64,000 bases of DNA, taken from positions 224,001-288,000 of the forward strand of contig JAVJQW010000023.1 of NCBI GenBank assembly GCA_040218735.1, in the 5' to 3' direction. The DNA comes from Deltaproteobacteria bacterium (GTDB lineage: Bacteria > Myxococcota > Kuafuiibacteriia > Kuafuiibacteriales > Kuafuiibacteriaceae). Each line of letters begins with the position of its first letter. The stretch's first letter is position 1. The translations under genes and the position numbers were made by a program. Positions 18,696 to 30,906 of the stretch are shown piece after piece. The notes beneath the pieces are model-generated. The model ran no database searches and was not told where the DNA came from. It saw only the letters and a program-made list of their open reading frames with translations.

Positions 18696-20441
18696 ATGCG
18701 GGCATGTCCCGATTGCCTGGCGGTCTTCCTGGCCGATCCAGAGTTCTGCAGCTTCGACGGGACGAAGCTGCGATCCGGCGACGACGCCCTGAAGGGCAGC
18801 GAGCTGGCCGGGCACCGCATCGACGCCCTCCTCGGCCTCGGCGGCACCGGGTGTGTCTTCTCCGGCACCCGCATCGAAGACGGGCAACGCGTCGCGATCA
18901 AGGTGCTGTTCGGCGAGATGGCGTCGGACAAGAGCATCGCCCAACGCTTCGAGCGCGAAGCGAAGGCGATGAGCTCCATTTCCCACCGCAACGTCGTGGC
19001 GATCCACGACTTCGGCACGCTGAAGAACGGCCTCGTGTACCTCATCATGGAGCTACTCGACGGCATCACCCTGCGCGAACGCATCGAACAGAGCGCCCCC
19101 CTCACCAGCGACCACGCGGGACGCATCCTCGAAGAGCTCACGTCCGGCCTCGCCGAAGCCCACCGCCTCGGCTACGTGCACCGCGACCTCAAACCCGGCA
19201 ACGTGATCCTCACCGGGCCGTTCGGGAAGGAGCAGGTCAAGATCCTCGACTTCGGGATCGTCGCCAGCCTCCGCGAAGGCAAGGACAAGGAGCGCCTCAC
19301 CAAGACCGGCTACATCATCGGGACCCCGACCTACATGGCCCCGGAGCAGGTCGACCCCAGCGCCATCACCCCCCAGATCGACGTGTACGCGCTCGGTGTC
19401 ATCCTCTACGAGATGCTCACCGGAGATGCTCCATTCAATGGAACGCTCGAGCAAATCCTCGTCGCGAAGATGACCACCGAGCCGAAACCCATCCCGGACA
19501 GCGGCCTCCTCGGCGAGCTCGTCCTGCGGATGCTCGCGATGGAACCCGAGGACCGCCCGCCGAGCGCGCTGCACGTGAGCGCCGAGCTGTCCCGCCTCAG
19601 CCTCCTCACCGACGACCCCGCCACCGTCCGCGCCGACGCCCCGCAGCTCGGCCTGTGGACACCACCCGAGGAGGACGGCGGCGTCCGCATCATCGACCGG
19701 ACCGACGAAAACGACGTCGTCGTGGTGCCGGTCGATGAGGGCGAACGCCCGAGCGACCCGTGGGTGTCGGACACCCGCCGCGTCGACGTCGTCGACGCCA
19801 CGCTCCTGGAGTTCTCGGACGTCTCGACCCGCGAGAGCTTCGGTCAGCGGTCCGACACCGTGATCGAAGGCGTCGACCACAACGACACGTTCGAGGGGAT
19901 CCCGGGCGGCTCCCAGATCCCCGAGTCGCTGGAGGCGGACACCGGGGAAGACGACGCGCCGGAGAACATCCCGACGCGTATCACCGAGCGACCGGAGGAG
20001 CTCGTCTTCCCGTACAAGACCGACGAGAACGAGACCGAGGATACCCCCGGTCTGAACGAGGCGACGTTCGACGAGCAGCACCCACCCTTCACGCCGACCG
20101 ACGACGCCGGGGACGCCGACACCGCGCTCGACATGCGGATCGACCACCTCCTCGACGGCATCGCGCCGCGCGTCGAGGCGGTCGAAGAGCCGCGCAGCAA
20201 GACCGGCACGGCGCTCCTGGACGACATGCCGCCGATCGTCACGCCGGTCGCTTCGATCTCCTCGTCCGAGAAGGTGCCCCGGCAAATCACCGCACCGTTG
20301 GACCAGAGCACGCGGCGCTCGAGTCGCGTCTTCTGGGTGGGGATCGTGCTCGCCGTCCTGCTCGGCGTCGCGGCCGCGATGGTGATTATCATGGTGACGA
20401 ACGAGACGGTGTTGGTCGACGCGCGTCCGGACGACCCCTGA
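18696..20441 (+). CDS. Ser/Thr protein kinase with N-terminal CPxC ribbon and C-terminal TM
   Basis: LGLGGTG, VAIK, HRDLKPGN, DFG, GTPTYMAPEQ. Confidence 0.93.
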   Translation: MRACPDCLAVFLADPEFCSFDGTKLRSGDDALKGSELAGHRIDALLGLGGTGCVFSGTRIEDGQRVAIKVLFGEMASDKSIAQRFEREAKAMSSISHRNVVAIHDFGTLKNGLVYLIMELLDGITLRERIEQSAPLTSDHAGRILEELTSGLAEAHRLGYVHRDLKPGNVILTGPFGKEQVKILDFGIVASLREGKDKERLTKTGYIIGTPTYMAPEQVDPSAITPQIDVYALGVILYEMLTGDAPFNGTLEQILVAKMTTEPKPIPDSGLLGELVLRMLAMEPEDRPPSALHVSAELSRLSLLTDDPATVRADAPQLGLWTPPEEDGGVRIIDRTDENDVVVVPVDEGERPSDPWVSDTRRVDVVDATLLEFSDVSTRESFGQRSDTVIEGVDHNDTFEGIPGGSQIPESLEADTGEDDAPENIPTRITERPEELVFPYKTDENETEDTPGLNEATFDEQHPPFTPTDDAGDADTALDMRIDHLLDGIAPRVEAVEEPRSKTGTALLDDMPPIVTPVASISSSEKVPRQITAPLDQSTRRSSRVFWVGIVLAVLLGVAAAMVIIMVTNETVLVDARPDDP

Positions 20442-20582
20442 TCCTTCGTCTCAGGCCGAGGCGGGCACGCAAGAGATCGCGCACGCAGGGCACCGAACGA
20501 GACAGGCGAACCCGGGCGCGTGCCTCGGTTGGGTGCGTTGCTCATGCTCCCGGAATCCGCGCCGATCGGAGGTTTCGTCAAC

Positions 20583-21230
20583 GTGAAGAACGCAGCCTCA
20601 TCCCTGACCATCAGCGCCGTCATCGTCGTCGGCCCCCACCGCTTCCGCGGCGTCCTCAACGAGCTCGAACACCGGGGCTGTATCGTCGACCTGATCGACG
20701 ACATCACGATCGAGGTGCCCCTCGACACCCCCGTGTACATCGAGCTCCCGTCGATCGACGGCGCACGGATCACCGGGCGACTGCGCCGCCGCGTGGGCTC
20801 ACGCGTGACGATCGACGTCACGCGGAACAACAACGAACAACAGCGCTACTTCCCGCGCGTAACCGGCGGCATGTCGGTCGAATACCGGCTCGTTCCGAAC
20901 TCGATGACCGACGCACTCGGACGCTCGTGGCTCCGCGGGTTGTCGGTCGCGGACGACGGCGAGTGGTACGCCCCCTCCGGGGAGGTCGAGTTCAGCGCCT
21001 CCGGCCTCCGGTGTGAAGACGGCGTGGGCTGCGCCGTGGGTGACCTGGTGCTCCTCGCGCTCCACCCGAACAACAGGAACATCCCGATCCGCGCGACCGC
21101 GCGTGTCGTGCGCACGCTGCTCGACTCGGAACGCGCGATCGCCGTGGAGTTCGTCGACATCCGGACGCAGGACCTCGAGGTCCTCGCGCGACACACCTAC
21201 GACCAACAGGTCGCGACGCTGGACGACTGA
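20583..21230 (+). CDS. PilZ domain protein
   Basis: QRYFPR (RxxxR) and EFSASG; ARVVR..IAVEF; GGAGG SD before GTG 20583 (start uncertain). Confidence 0.7.
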   Translation: MKNAASSLTISAVIVVGPHRFRGVLNELEHRGCIVDLIDDITIEVPLDTPVYIELPSIDGARITGRLRRRVGSRVTIDVTRNNNEQQRYFPRVTGGMSVEYRLVPNSMTDALGRSWLRGLSVADDGEWYAPSGEVEFSASGLRCEDGVGCAVGDLVLLALHPNNRNIPIRATARVVRTLLDSERAIAVEFVDIRTQDLEVLARHTYDQQVATLDD

Positions 21231-21231
21231 T

Positions 21232-21999
21232 TCATCGACAGACGCCTTCGCCGCCGTAACACAGCTCGCTCCGTTCGAACGTACCCGTCGCCACGAGCAC
21301 CCCGGCCGTCGCGCCGGCCGCGACGACCCCGACCCCCGCCCAGAACCACCACCGCGCGAAGATCGGCGGCGTCTTCTCCAACGCCACGGTGACTTCGCGC
21401 CGCGCGCCCGCGGTGAGATCGAGCTGCGCCTCGTAAGGCTCGTAGCCGTCGGCGTCGATCCGCAGCACGTGTGAGCCGACCGCTACGCCCCGCGCCGCGT
21501 CCGTCGCGGCGCTCGCCCCCAGGCGGATGGTCGCGTGGCGTGGCGTCACGTCGAAGAACACGTCCGCCCCGAGGGTGTGTCCCGCGGTCGACAGCCCCTC
21601 CTGAACCAACGTCCGCAGGACGGCGAGCAGGTCCTCCCCCTCCGCGTACTTCGACGCGCGCACCGTCGACGCCTCCGTGTCGAACACCTCCGCGGTGACG
21701 AGCGGCGGCGTGGTCGCGCGATTCACGATCGCAAACACGACGCGCGCGATCCCCGTCCCGCGGAGACGATCCGAGAGGCACTCGACCTTCGGTCCGCATG
21801 CACGCAGCGCCGAGTCGGGCGCGGAGACCGTCGAGCGCGCGCGCACTTGGAGATCCGAGAACTGGCGCGCCGCGTCCTCCGCGGCGCGGGCGACGTCGGT
21901 GCGCGACGGACCCTCCGGCGTATCCGGGCCAGCGGTTCGCGTGATCACCAACGTGTCGACCGGCGCAACCGCAGCGGTAATCACGAGGGCCCACCACAC
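21232..21999 (-). CDS. PEGA domain exported protein
   Basis: GSHVLRIDADGYEPY; RWWFWAGVG tail. Confidence 0.75.
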   Translation of the reverse strand: MWWALVITAAVAPVDTLVITRTAGPDTPEGPSRTDVARAAEDAARQFSDLQVRARSTVSAPDSALRACGPKVECLSDRLRGTGIARVVFAIVNRATTPPLVTAEVFDTEASTVRASKYAEGEDLLAVLRTLVQEGLSTAGHTLGADVFFDVTPRHATIRLGASAATDAARGVAVGSHVLRIDADGYEPYEAQLDLTAGARREVTVALEKTPPIFARWWFWAGVGVVAAGATAGVLVATGTFERSELCYGGEGVCR

Positions 22000-22032
22000 G
22001 ACGGGGGATCATACCTGCTAGAGTCGCGCACA

Positions 22033-23589
22033 GTGACCCCGATTCAGTTCGGCGCCTACATGCTCCTGGAGCGCCTTGGGGCGGGCACGCAGGGAGACGT
22101 CTTCCTCGCGCGGCGCGCCGACCGGGACGGTCCGGTGGTGGTCATCAAGCGCATCGCGGTGGTCGGAATCCAGGACGACATGCTGGAGCGACGCTTCCGT
22201 CACGAGGCGGCGATGGCGACCGCGATCGAATCCCCGCACGTCGTCCGGGTCCTCGACTGCGGACGGGTCGGCGATCGGCTCTACACCGTCATGGAGTACG
22301 TGGCGGGGACGCCGCTATCGAACGTAGTCAAGGAGCTGAAGCGCATCGGCGAGTACGCGTCACTCGAATCCGTCGTCGACGTCGTCTGCGACGTGCTCGC
22401 CGGGCTGCACGCGCTCCACACCGCGACCGACATGGAGGGCACCCCGCTCGGCTTCGTGCACCGTGACATCGCGCCGAAGAACCTCGTCCTCGGCGAAGAC
22501 GGTCGAACGAAGGTCCTCGACCTGGGCCTCGGCCGTTCGGGGATGCGCGACTGGCGCACCGCGCAGGGCATCATCCTCGGCTCGCCGGGGTACATGGCGC
22601 CCGAGCAGGCGGTCGCGGACCCCGTCGATGCGCGCGCGGATCTGTTCTCCGTGGGTGCCTTGCTGTTCGAGCTCCTCACGCTGCGTCGGTACATCACCGG
22701 CGACAAACTCATCGACCTGGTCCTCGGCGCGACGCAGGACCGCTACGTCGCGCCGTCGTCGCTGCGCGCGAACATCCCGCCCGAGCTCGACGCGATCGTG
22801 GAGAAGGCGGTGCGGCTGGAGCGCGACGAACGTTTCCCCTCCGCGGCGGACTTTCGCGCGGCGCTCCGCGGTGTGTTCCCGGCGCGGGAAGCCAACCACG
22901 CCAAGTCCCTCGTCGCGCAGATGGCGTGGCGCGACGTCCTCGACAGCCGCGCGCGTGCGGACGCGCTCGCCCACGGCGCGTCGATCGCGGAGTACAGCGA
23001 GCAAGAAGCGGGACGGCAGGCGATCTACGCGTCGCGGACCGGCGAGCCTCCGGTGCAGACTCCAACCCCGACACGGCGCTCCTCGGTGCGCCTCCCGTGG
23101 GCCACGATCGCGGTGGGGTTGGTGACGTTCGTGCTGGGGTGGTTCGGGCGCGGGTTCTTGTGGTCGATGACGCCACCACCGGAGCGCCCCGTGGCGGCGA
23201 CGCCCACTCCGGCGGCCTCGCCGAGCGCGACGCCTCGGGCCACGCCGACGCCGAACGTCACCAACACGGCACGCGAGCCGGACCGGGCCGCGCCTCGGAA
23301 GATCGCGCGCAAGACGACGCGGCGCGCACCTCCGCCCGAAGTCGAAGCCCCCATCCCCGCGCCGCCGCCCAAGGCCGCACGTTCGTCGTCACCGCCCTCG
23401 GCTGCGCAGCTGCTCGCTCGCGCGAAGGCCGCCGCGGACGCGGCGAAGGGCCGCCCGCAACACGACGACGCGAAGCGACTCGTCATTCGCGCGCAGGGCC
23501 TCGCGCTCGCGAACGGAGGCGACGCGGCCGAGCGCACCGAGATCGCGAAGCAACTCGAATCACTGGAGCGCGCGCTGGCTACTCGATGA
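22033..23589 (+). CDS. Membrane Ser/Thr protein kinase
   Basis: LGAGTQG, VVIK, HRDIAPKN, DLG, GSPGYMAPEQ; TM; start moved to GTG 22033. Confidence 0.9.
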   Translation: MTPIQFGAYMLLERLGAGTQGDVFLARRADRDGPVVVIKRIAVVGIQDDMLERRFRHEAAMATAIESPHVVRVLDCGRVGDRLYTVMEYVAGTPLSNVVKELKRIGEYASLESVVDVVCDVLAGLHALHTATDMEGTPLGFVHRDIAPKNLVLGEDGRTKVLDLGLGRSGMRDWRTAQGIILGSPGYMAPEQAVADPVDARADLFSVGALLFELLTLRRYITGDKLIDLVLGATQDRYVAPSSLRANIPPELDAIVEKAVRLERDERFPSAADFRAALRGVFPAREANHAKSLVAQMAWRDVLDSRARADALAHGASIAEYSEQEAGRQAIYASRTGEPPVQTPTPTRRSSVRLPWATIAVGLVTFVLGWFGRGFLWSMTPPPERPVAATPTPAASPSATPRATPTPNVTNTAREPDRAAPRKIARKTTRRAPPPEVEAPIPAPPPKAARSSSPPSAAQLLARAKAAADAAKGRPQHDDAKRLVIRAQGLALANGGDAAERTEIAKQLESLERALATR

Positions 23590-25705
23590 TCTGAATCGTC
23601 TCGTCCGTGAGGTACTCGACCTCAGCGAGGACATTGTCGGGCGGGAACGCGGCATTCTCGATCCGCACCCCGAGCGCACCTTCGTCGAACACCCCCTGCG
23701 ACAGTGAGCCCCGCGGACTTCGCAGCACCGCCCCGGTTCCGAATGGGTAGCCGATCCGAAAGCCCATGAGGAACAGCCCGCCGTGCGCGACCGTCTCCAC
23801 GGCGCCGCCGGACTCACACGATTCGACGCGCGAGGGACGTCGTCGCACGGTCACGTCACCGACGTCGAGCGTCGTCACCCGCGTGCCCGACGGGTCCACG
23901 ACGAGCCCCGGACATCCGGTGACGTCGACCGAGAGGACGGTGGCGGTGAGCTGTCCGTCGCGCACGAGCAGGCCGCCGCAGAAGTCGTCGCAGGCGGTGC
24001 TCGTGCCGGTCTCGAGGTGCGCGTTGCTCAACGTGACGGTGTTGCCATGCGAGACGAACGCGCGGAGGCCCCCGAACACGGTGACACGATCGAAGTTCGT
24101 GCGACCGTCTCCGGATACGTCGATCCCGTCCTGTCCAGCGGCCGGATCCTGGACGAAGAGCTCCTGCACGGTGAGGTCGCCGCGGTTTCGGAACGTCACC
24201 GCCCCGGTCGGCCGCAGGAAGGCCGCGCTCATGACGACGAACTGCGCGTGAACGTCCGCGTCGACGAAGACCGCACGCGAGCCATCGACGGCCTCCGACT
24301 CGACACTCACGTAGTCGCCGAGCGTCGCCGTCCCCTCACCGAACAGCGTCGGACCGCGGCCACGAACACGCCACACACCTTGCGCCCCCAGGTTTGCGCC
24401 TCCGCGCAAGACGAACAGATCATCGACACCGATCACCGCGAGGCGCGTGGCCTGGACGTCGGCCTCGTCGATCGAGACCGACGCGTTGGGCCCGTAGGAG
24501 GCGGACTCGTTGATCCTCACCATGCTCCCCGCGCCGGCCGCCAGCGAAGCGTCGACGAACAAGGCCGAGCTCAACGTGACCTCGGCACCGAAGGCACCCA
24601 ACGCTCGGGTCCCCGGTGATCGAACGGTGAGGTGGTCGGCGATCAACTCCGCGCCGGCCGTCAGGTGAACGGCGCGCGCGCCGGTGGTCGCGATCGAGAC
24701 CTCGTGCAGCAGGAGCCGACCCGCGACGGTGAGGGCCTCCTCCGCGCCGCGGAGGAACGCGGAGCGAACCTCGGCGGCGACCCCGGTCGGCACGACGACT
24801 TCGCGCTCCACGGTCAGACGCGTTAGGAGCGTGTCGTCCGCCAAGCGCAACGGCGCACGAACGATGGAGCGCTCGGGGCACGCACCGACGATCGCCACCG
24901 AGGGCGGCGGCACGAGCTCGGCGGTGCTCGTGAAGACGCCGTCGGACAGCGCGACGGTGCCGCCCGGCGCCACACGTTGGAGCGCGGTCCGCAGGTCGAC
25001 GGGGTCGTCCTGAGCGCCGCTGCCCGATGCGTTGCCCCCGTCCACGCGGACGTAGATCGTGTTCGCGGGGAGGCCGTCCGCCCACGGGCCGGAGGGACAC
25101 GGTGGACCGAGCGGGTGACACGCCGAGTCGCCGACGAAGACCTCGCGATGTTCGGCGCACGCGGGGACGTCGCCTGCGAACGGAACGCACCACTCGAGCG
25201 CCTCCCAGTCGTCCGGGCACGAGGGCTGCGGAACTCTGAGGTGCACGGGGATCTTGACCGCTGGAGTCAGGCAGGGGCCGCACTGGCCCGTGTTCCAACA
25301 CCGCCCGGAGTCGACGCACGCCAACGGACCACCGAAGTCTGCGCGCACCAAGTCGGCCCAGCTCGCGGGCGCTCGCCACCGCTCATCGCCGTCGAGATCG
25401 TAGTGAACGCCCGAGATGACGCCGAGCGCCGGCTCGCCGGCCATCGTGACCGGCCCGAGCTCCCAGCCGTAAGCCTCCGGGGGCCGATCGAGGAAGACGA
25501 CCTCGACCCGGCTGATGTCGCGCGCCGAGATCGCGGGGAACGTGGTCTCGGCCTGGGCGTCCGCGACGTAGACGAGGTTCGGCGCGACGCGGCCCTCTAC
25601 GCCGAACATGACGACCTCGGTCAGGGCGTTGTCGGGCACCGCGGGTCGCGGGACCTCCAAGGGCCCGCACGCGCAGACGAGCCCGAGCAACACGACGCGG
25701 CGCAC
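23579..25705 (-). CDS. Lipoprotein with Cys-rich region and probable right-handed beta-helix
   Basis: VRRVVLLGLVCAC lipobox; IYV..GSG..DDP..AL..GTVALSDG beta-helix cap. Confidence 0.65.
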   Translation of the reverse strand: MRRVVLLGLVCACGPLEVPRPAVPDNALTEVVMFGVEGRVAPNLVYVADAQAETTFPAISARDISRVEVVFLDRPPEAYGWELGPVTMAGEPALGVISGVHYDLDGDERWRAPASWADLVRADFGGPLACVDSGRCWNTGQCGPCLTPAVKIPVHLRVPQPSCPDDWEALEWCVPFAGDVPACAEHREVFVGDSACHPLGPPCPSGPWADGLPANTIYVRVDGGNASGSGAQDDPVDLRTALQRVAPGGTVALSDGVFTSTAELVPPPSVAIVGACPERSIVRAPLRLADDTLLTRLTVEREVVVPTGVAAEVRSAFLRGAEEALTVAGRLLLHEVSIATTGARAVHLTAGAELIADHLTVRSPGTRALGAFGAEVTLSSALFVDASLAAGAGSMVRINESASYGPNASVSIDEADVQATRLAVIGVDDLFVLRGGANLGAQGVWRVRGRGPTLFGEGTATLGDYVSVESEAVDGSRAVFVDADVHAQFVVMSAAFLRPTGAVTFRNRGDLTVQELFVQDPAAGQDGIDVSGDGRTNFDRVTVFGGLRAFVSHGNTVTLSNAHLETGTSTACDDFCGGLLVRDGQLTATVLSVDVTGCPGLVVDPSGTRVTTLDVGDVTVRRRPSRVESCESGGAVETVAHGGLFLMGFRIGYPFGTGAVLRSPRGSLSQGVFDEGALGVRIENAAFPPDNVLAEVEYLTDETIQIIE

Positions 25706-25772
25706 GGGTCGAATGTACACAAAACGCAGGCCGAGTTGACGTCGGATCCTGCGTGGCGTCCGATGGTCGCGC

Positions 25773-27148
25773 ATGGAACGCGAACCGAACTGGTACGAGC
25801 GGTACGACGCGACGCACATCATCAAGGTCCGGCTGCGGCTGGTCGATGTCCCCGGGACGTTCGGCCGGGCGCTGGAGGCCATCGGCGCGCTCGGCGCGAA
25901 GATCGGTGACATCTCGTTCGTGGGGGTCGACGGCCCCCACAAGCTCCGCGACGTTCAGCTGTTCTTCGTCGACGAGGCGCACGAGAAGGAGTGCATCGAA
26001 GCGCTCGCGATCGACGGCGTCGAGGTCGTCTCCGTCGTGGACGAAGTGATGGAGATGCACCGGGGCGGCACCATCGAGACCCGCTCGCGCGTCCGCCTCG
26101 ACACGTTGATGGATCTCCGCATGGCCTACACGCCGGGCGTCGCGCGGGTGTGTGAGCGCATCGCCAAGGACCCCGAAGCCGCGAAGGAGTTCACGACCGT
26201 CCAGAACAAGATCGCGATCGTCACCAACGGCACCGCAGTCCTCGGCCTCGGCGACATCGGCGCCCTCGCGGGGCTCCCGGTGATGGAGGGCAAGGCGGCG
26301 ATCCTGTCGCGCTTCGTGAACGTGTGGGCGGAGCCGATCCTCGTCGACGCGAAGGACCCCGCGACGATCGTCGAGACGGTCGCGAACATCGCGTCGGGGT
26401 ACGGGGCGATCCAGCTCGAGGACATCGCGGCGCCCGCGTGTTTCGAGGTGGAGCGCGAGCTCCAGAAGCGCGTCGACAAGCCGGTGTTCCACGACGACCA
26501 ACACGGCACCGCGACGGTCTGCGTCGCGGGGTTGCTCGGCGCGCTGAAGAAGACGAAGCGCGAGATCGAAGGTGTGAAGGCGGTCGTGCTCGGCGCGGGC
26601 GCGGCCGGCGCCGCGATCGCGCGGTTCCTCGTGCAGCTCGGCGTGGAGGACGTGGTGCTCTGCGACTCGACCGGCGCGCTCTACGACGGGCGCACGGAGC
26701 GCATGAACGAAGAGAAGGAGCGGCTCGCGAAGGAGACCAACGCGAAGGGCGTGCGTGGCTCGTTGGAGGAGGTGATGGCGGGGCGCGACCTCTTCATCGG
26801 CGTGTCGAAGCCGAAGCTCGTGACCAAAGAGATGGTGCGCTCGATGGCGAAGGACCCGATCGTCTTCGCCCTCGCGAACCCGGTGAGTGAGATCAGCGTG
26901 CACGACGCGCTCGACGCCGGCGCAGCGGTCGCGCTCGACGGCCGAGGCATGAACAACGCTCTCGCCTACCCGGGGCTCTTCCGCGGCGCGCTCGACGCCC
27001 GCGCGAAGAGGATCACGCCGCGGATGATGAGGGCCGCCGCCGAAGCCCTCGCCGAGCGCGCGGACGACTCGCTGCTCCCCGACATGCTCGACGACGGCGT
27101 GCACCGCGCGGTGGCCGACGCGGTGCGGGACGCGTGGGATCAGCCCGC

Positions 27149-27152
<4 letters not shown>
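25773..27152 (+). CDS. NAD(P)-dependent malic enzyme with N-terminal ACT domain
   Basis: AYTPGVA, GTAVLGLGDIG, PVMEGK, LEDIAAP, FHDDQHGTA, GAGAAG, FALANP. Confidence 0.93.
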
Positions 27153-29449
<2,297 letters not shown>

Positions 29450-29479
29450 CGAAGGGTGGCCTTACCAACGGCACCCCCC

Positions 29480-29520
29480 AAAAGAAAAGGGCCGCGACCC
29501 CACCACGGTGTCGCGACCCC
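29480..29520 (-). terminator. Probable rho-independent terminator of the 29560-30303 gene
   Basis: Stem gggccgcgac/gtcgcgaccc followed on the minus strand by a U-rich tract. Confidence 0.65.
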
Positions 29521-29559
29521 TCTCGGTGTTCACTCGCCCGGAGGCGAAAATCGAATGGC

Positions 29560-30303
29560 TCAGGCGGAGAGCATGCGGCCCACGTGGTACGCCGTGGCGT
29601 ACATCGGGGGCATCGCGTTCAGCTCGGCGTTGTCGAGGCCCGCGGCGCCGCTGTCACGACGACGGATGTTCGCGCTGTGGATCGCGACCGCGCGGTCGAT
29701 GTCGCCGCCGCCGATGTGGCCGCCGGCCTTCTCGGTGCCCTTCGCGGTGGCGTAGAGCGCACGCGCGAGGAACGCGACGTTCGCGTCCGCACCCTGCAGC
29801 GCCGAAGCGACCTCGGCCGGAGCGAGGCGGCCGTTGCCCATCGCGCCCTTGAGGACGTCGGCGGCGGCGTTCAGGCCGGCGAAGAGGATGTCCTTCGACT
29901 TGCGGCCGGGCTGCGGCGTCGCGAGGACCTTGTCCATCTTCGCGGACTGCACGAGCTGGTCGACGATCGGCCCGAGGAGCGCGAGCTCGGCCTTCGACAG
30001 GCCGTTGTTGAGGCCGTCCTTGCGGGCGGCGCCGTCGGCGATGTCGAGCATCGTCGCGAGGAACTCACGGCCGGCCTTCACGTCCGCGGACGTGACGGTC
30101 CCGCCCATGCCCTCGGCGGCCTTCAGCTCGCCGAAGACGGAGCCGATGAGCTGAGCCTCGTCCTGACGGCCGGCCTTGTAGGCGGCTTCCTGCGCGGCCT
30201 TGGCGTCGGCGCCCGAGAAGCGCTTGTCGCCGGACTGGTTCGAGATCTGCGAGGCGATCTTGTCGTAAGCGCCGAGGACGGTCTGGTGACTGATGCGTGC
30301 CAT
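29560..30303 (-). CDS. Hypothetical Ala-rich helical protein with internal duplication
   Basis: Two ~120-aa halves (..NNGLSKAEL.. / ..AAGLDNAEL..); SD GGGAG. Confidence 0.8.
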   Translation of the reverse strand: MARISHQTVLGAYDKIASQISNQSGDKRFSGADAKAAQEAAYKAGRQDEAQLIGSVFGELKAAEGMGGTVTSADVKAGREFLATMLDIADGAARKDGLNNGLSKAELALLGPIVDQLVQSAKMDKVLATPQPGRKSKDILFAGLNAAADVLKGAMGNGRLAPAEVASALQGADANVAFLARALYATAKGTEKAGGHIGGGDIDRAVAIHSANIRRRDSGAAGLDNAELNAMPPMYATAYHVGRMLSA

Positions 30304-30358
30304 GGTTTGGTTCTCCCTTTGGTTTCCTTGGTGTTGGTCGTGATTGGTTTTTGCGGCT

Positions 30359-30781
30359 CTACATGTTGGCGGCGCGTAGCGCGAGCATGCCCTGGGGCCT
30401 GTCGAGCAGACGGCCCAAGCGTTCCAGCAGGGTCACGTCACCTTCGAAGTAGTAGCCACTGTCGACGTCCTGCCCGGCGAGGAACCGCGCGAACGCCTCT
30501 TTCTTGAAGCCCGCCACGAGGTCGGCGCCGAAGTCGTTCTCCGCCTTCACCGCCTCCGCGACGTCGTCCTGTCCGAAGTGGATCGTCCACGAGCCCACCT
30601 CGAACACCCAGAAGCAGATCGTCCCGCGGTGCCGCTGGTACGCCAGGCGGTTCTTCGCGAGCATCTCGGGTACGACCCGCTCGAAGAAGTCGGGTGCGGT
30701 GAACTGATCCTCGGGAGCGACGGTGCGACGCGGCTTCGTCCTGCGGCGACTGGCGTCGGCCTTTCTGAAACTCGACCTCAT
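30359..30781 (-). CDS. SCP2 sterol/lipid-binding-like protein
   Basis: GSWTIHF, ADLV..F..FLAG, EGDVTLL pattern; GGAGG SD before ATG 30781. Confidence 0.55.
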   Translation of the reverse strand: MRSSFRKADASRRRTKPRRTVAPEDQFTAPDFFERVVPEMLAKNRLAYQRHRGTICFWVFEVGSWTIHFGQDDVAEAVKAENDFGADLVAGFKKEAFARFLAGQDVDSGYYFEGDVTLLERLGRLLDRPQGMLALRAANM

Positions 30782-30906
30782 CGTCGTCCCCCCTCCTCGT
30801 ATCCCCGCCAAGTGACCCTTTTGGGTCATTCGCGGGTAGTGAAGGTGTTATCGGGGAGACTTCGCAGAAGTTGTGCGTTTCTGCCTACACCTGAACACCT
30901 GGTGCT

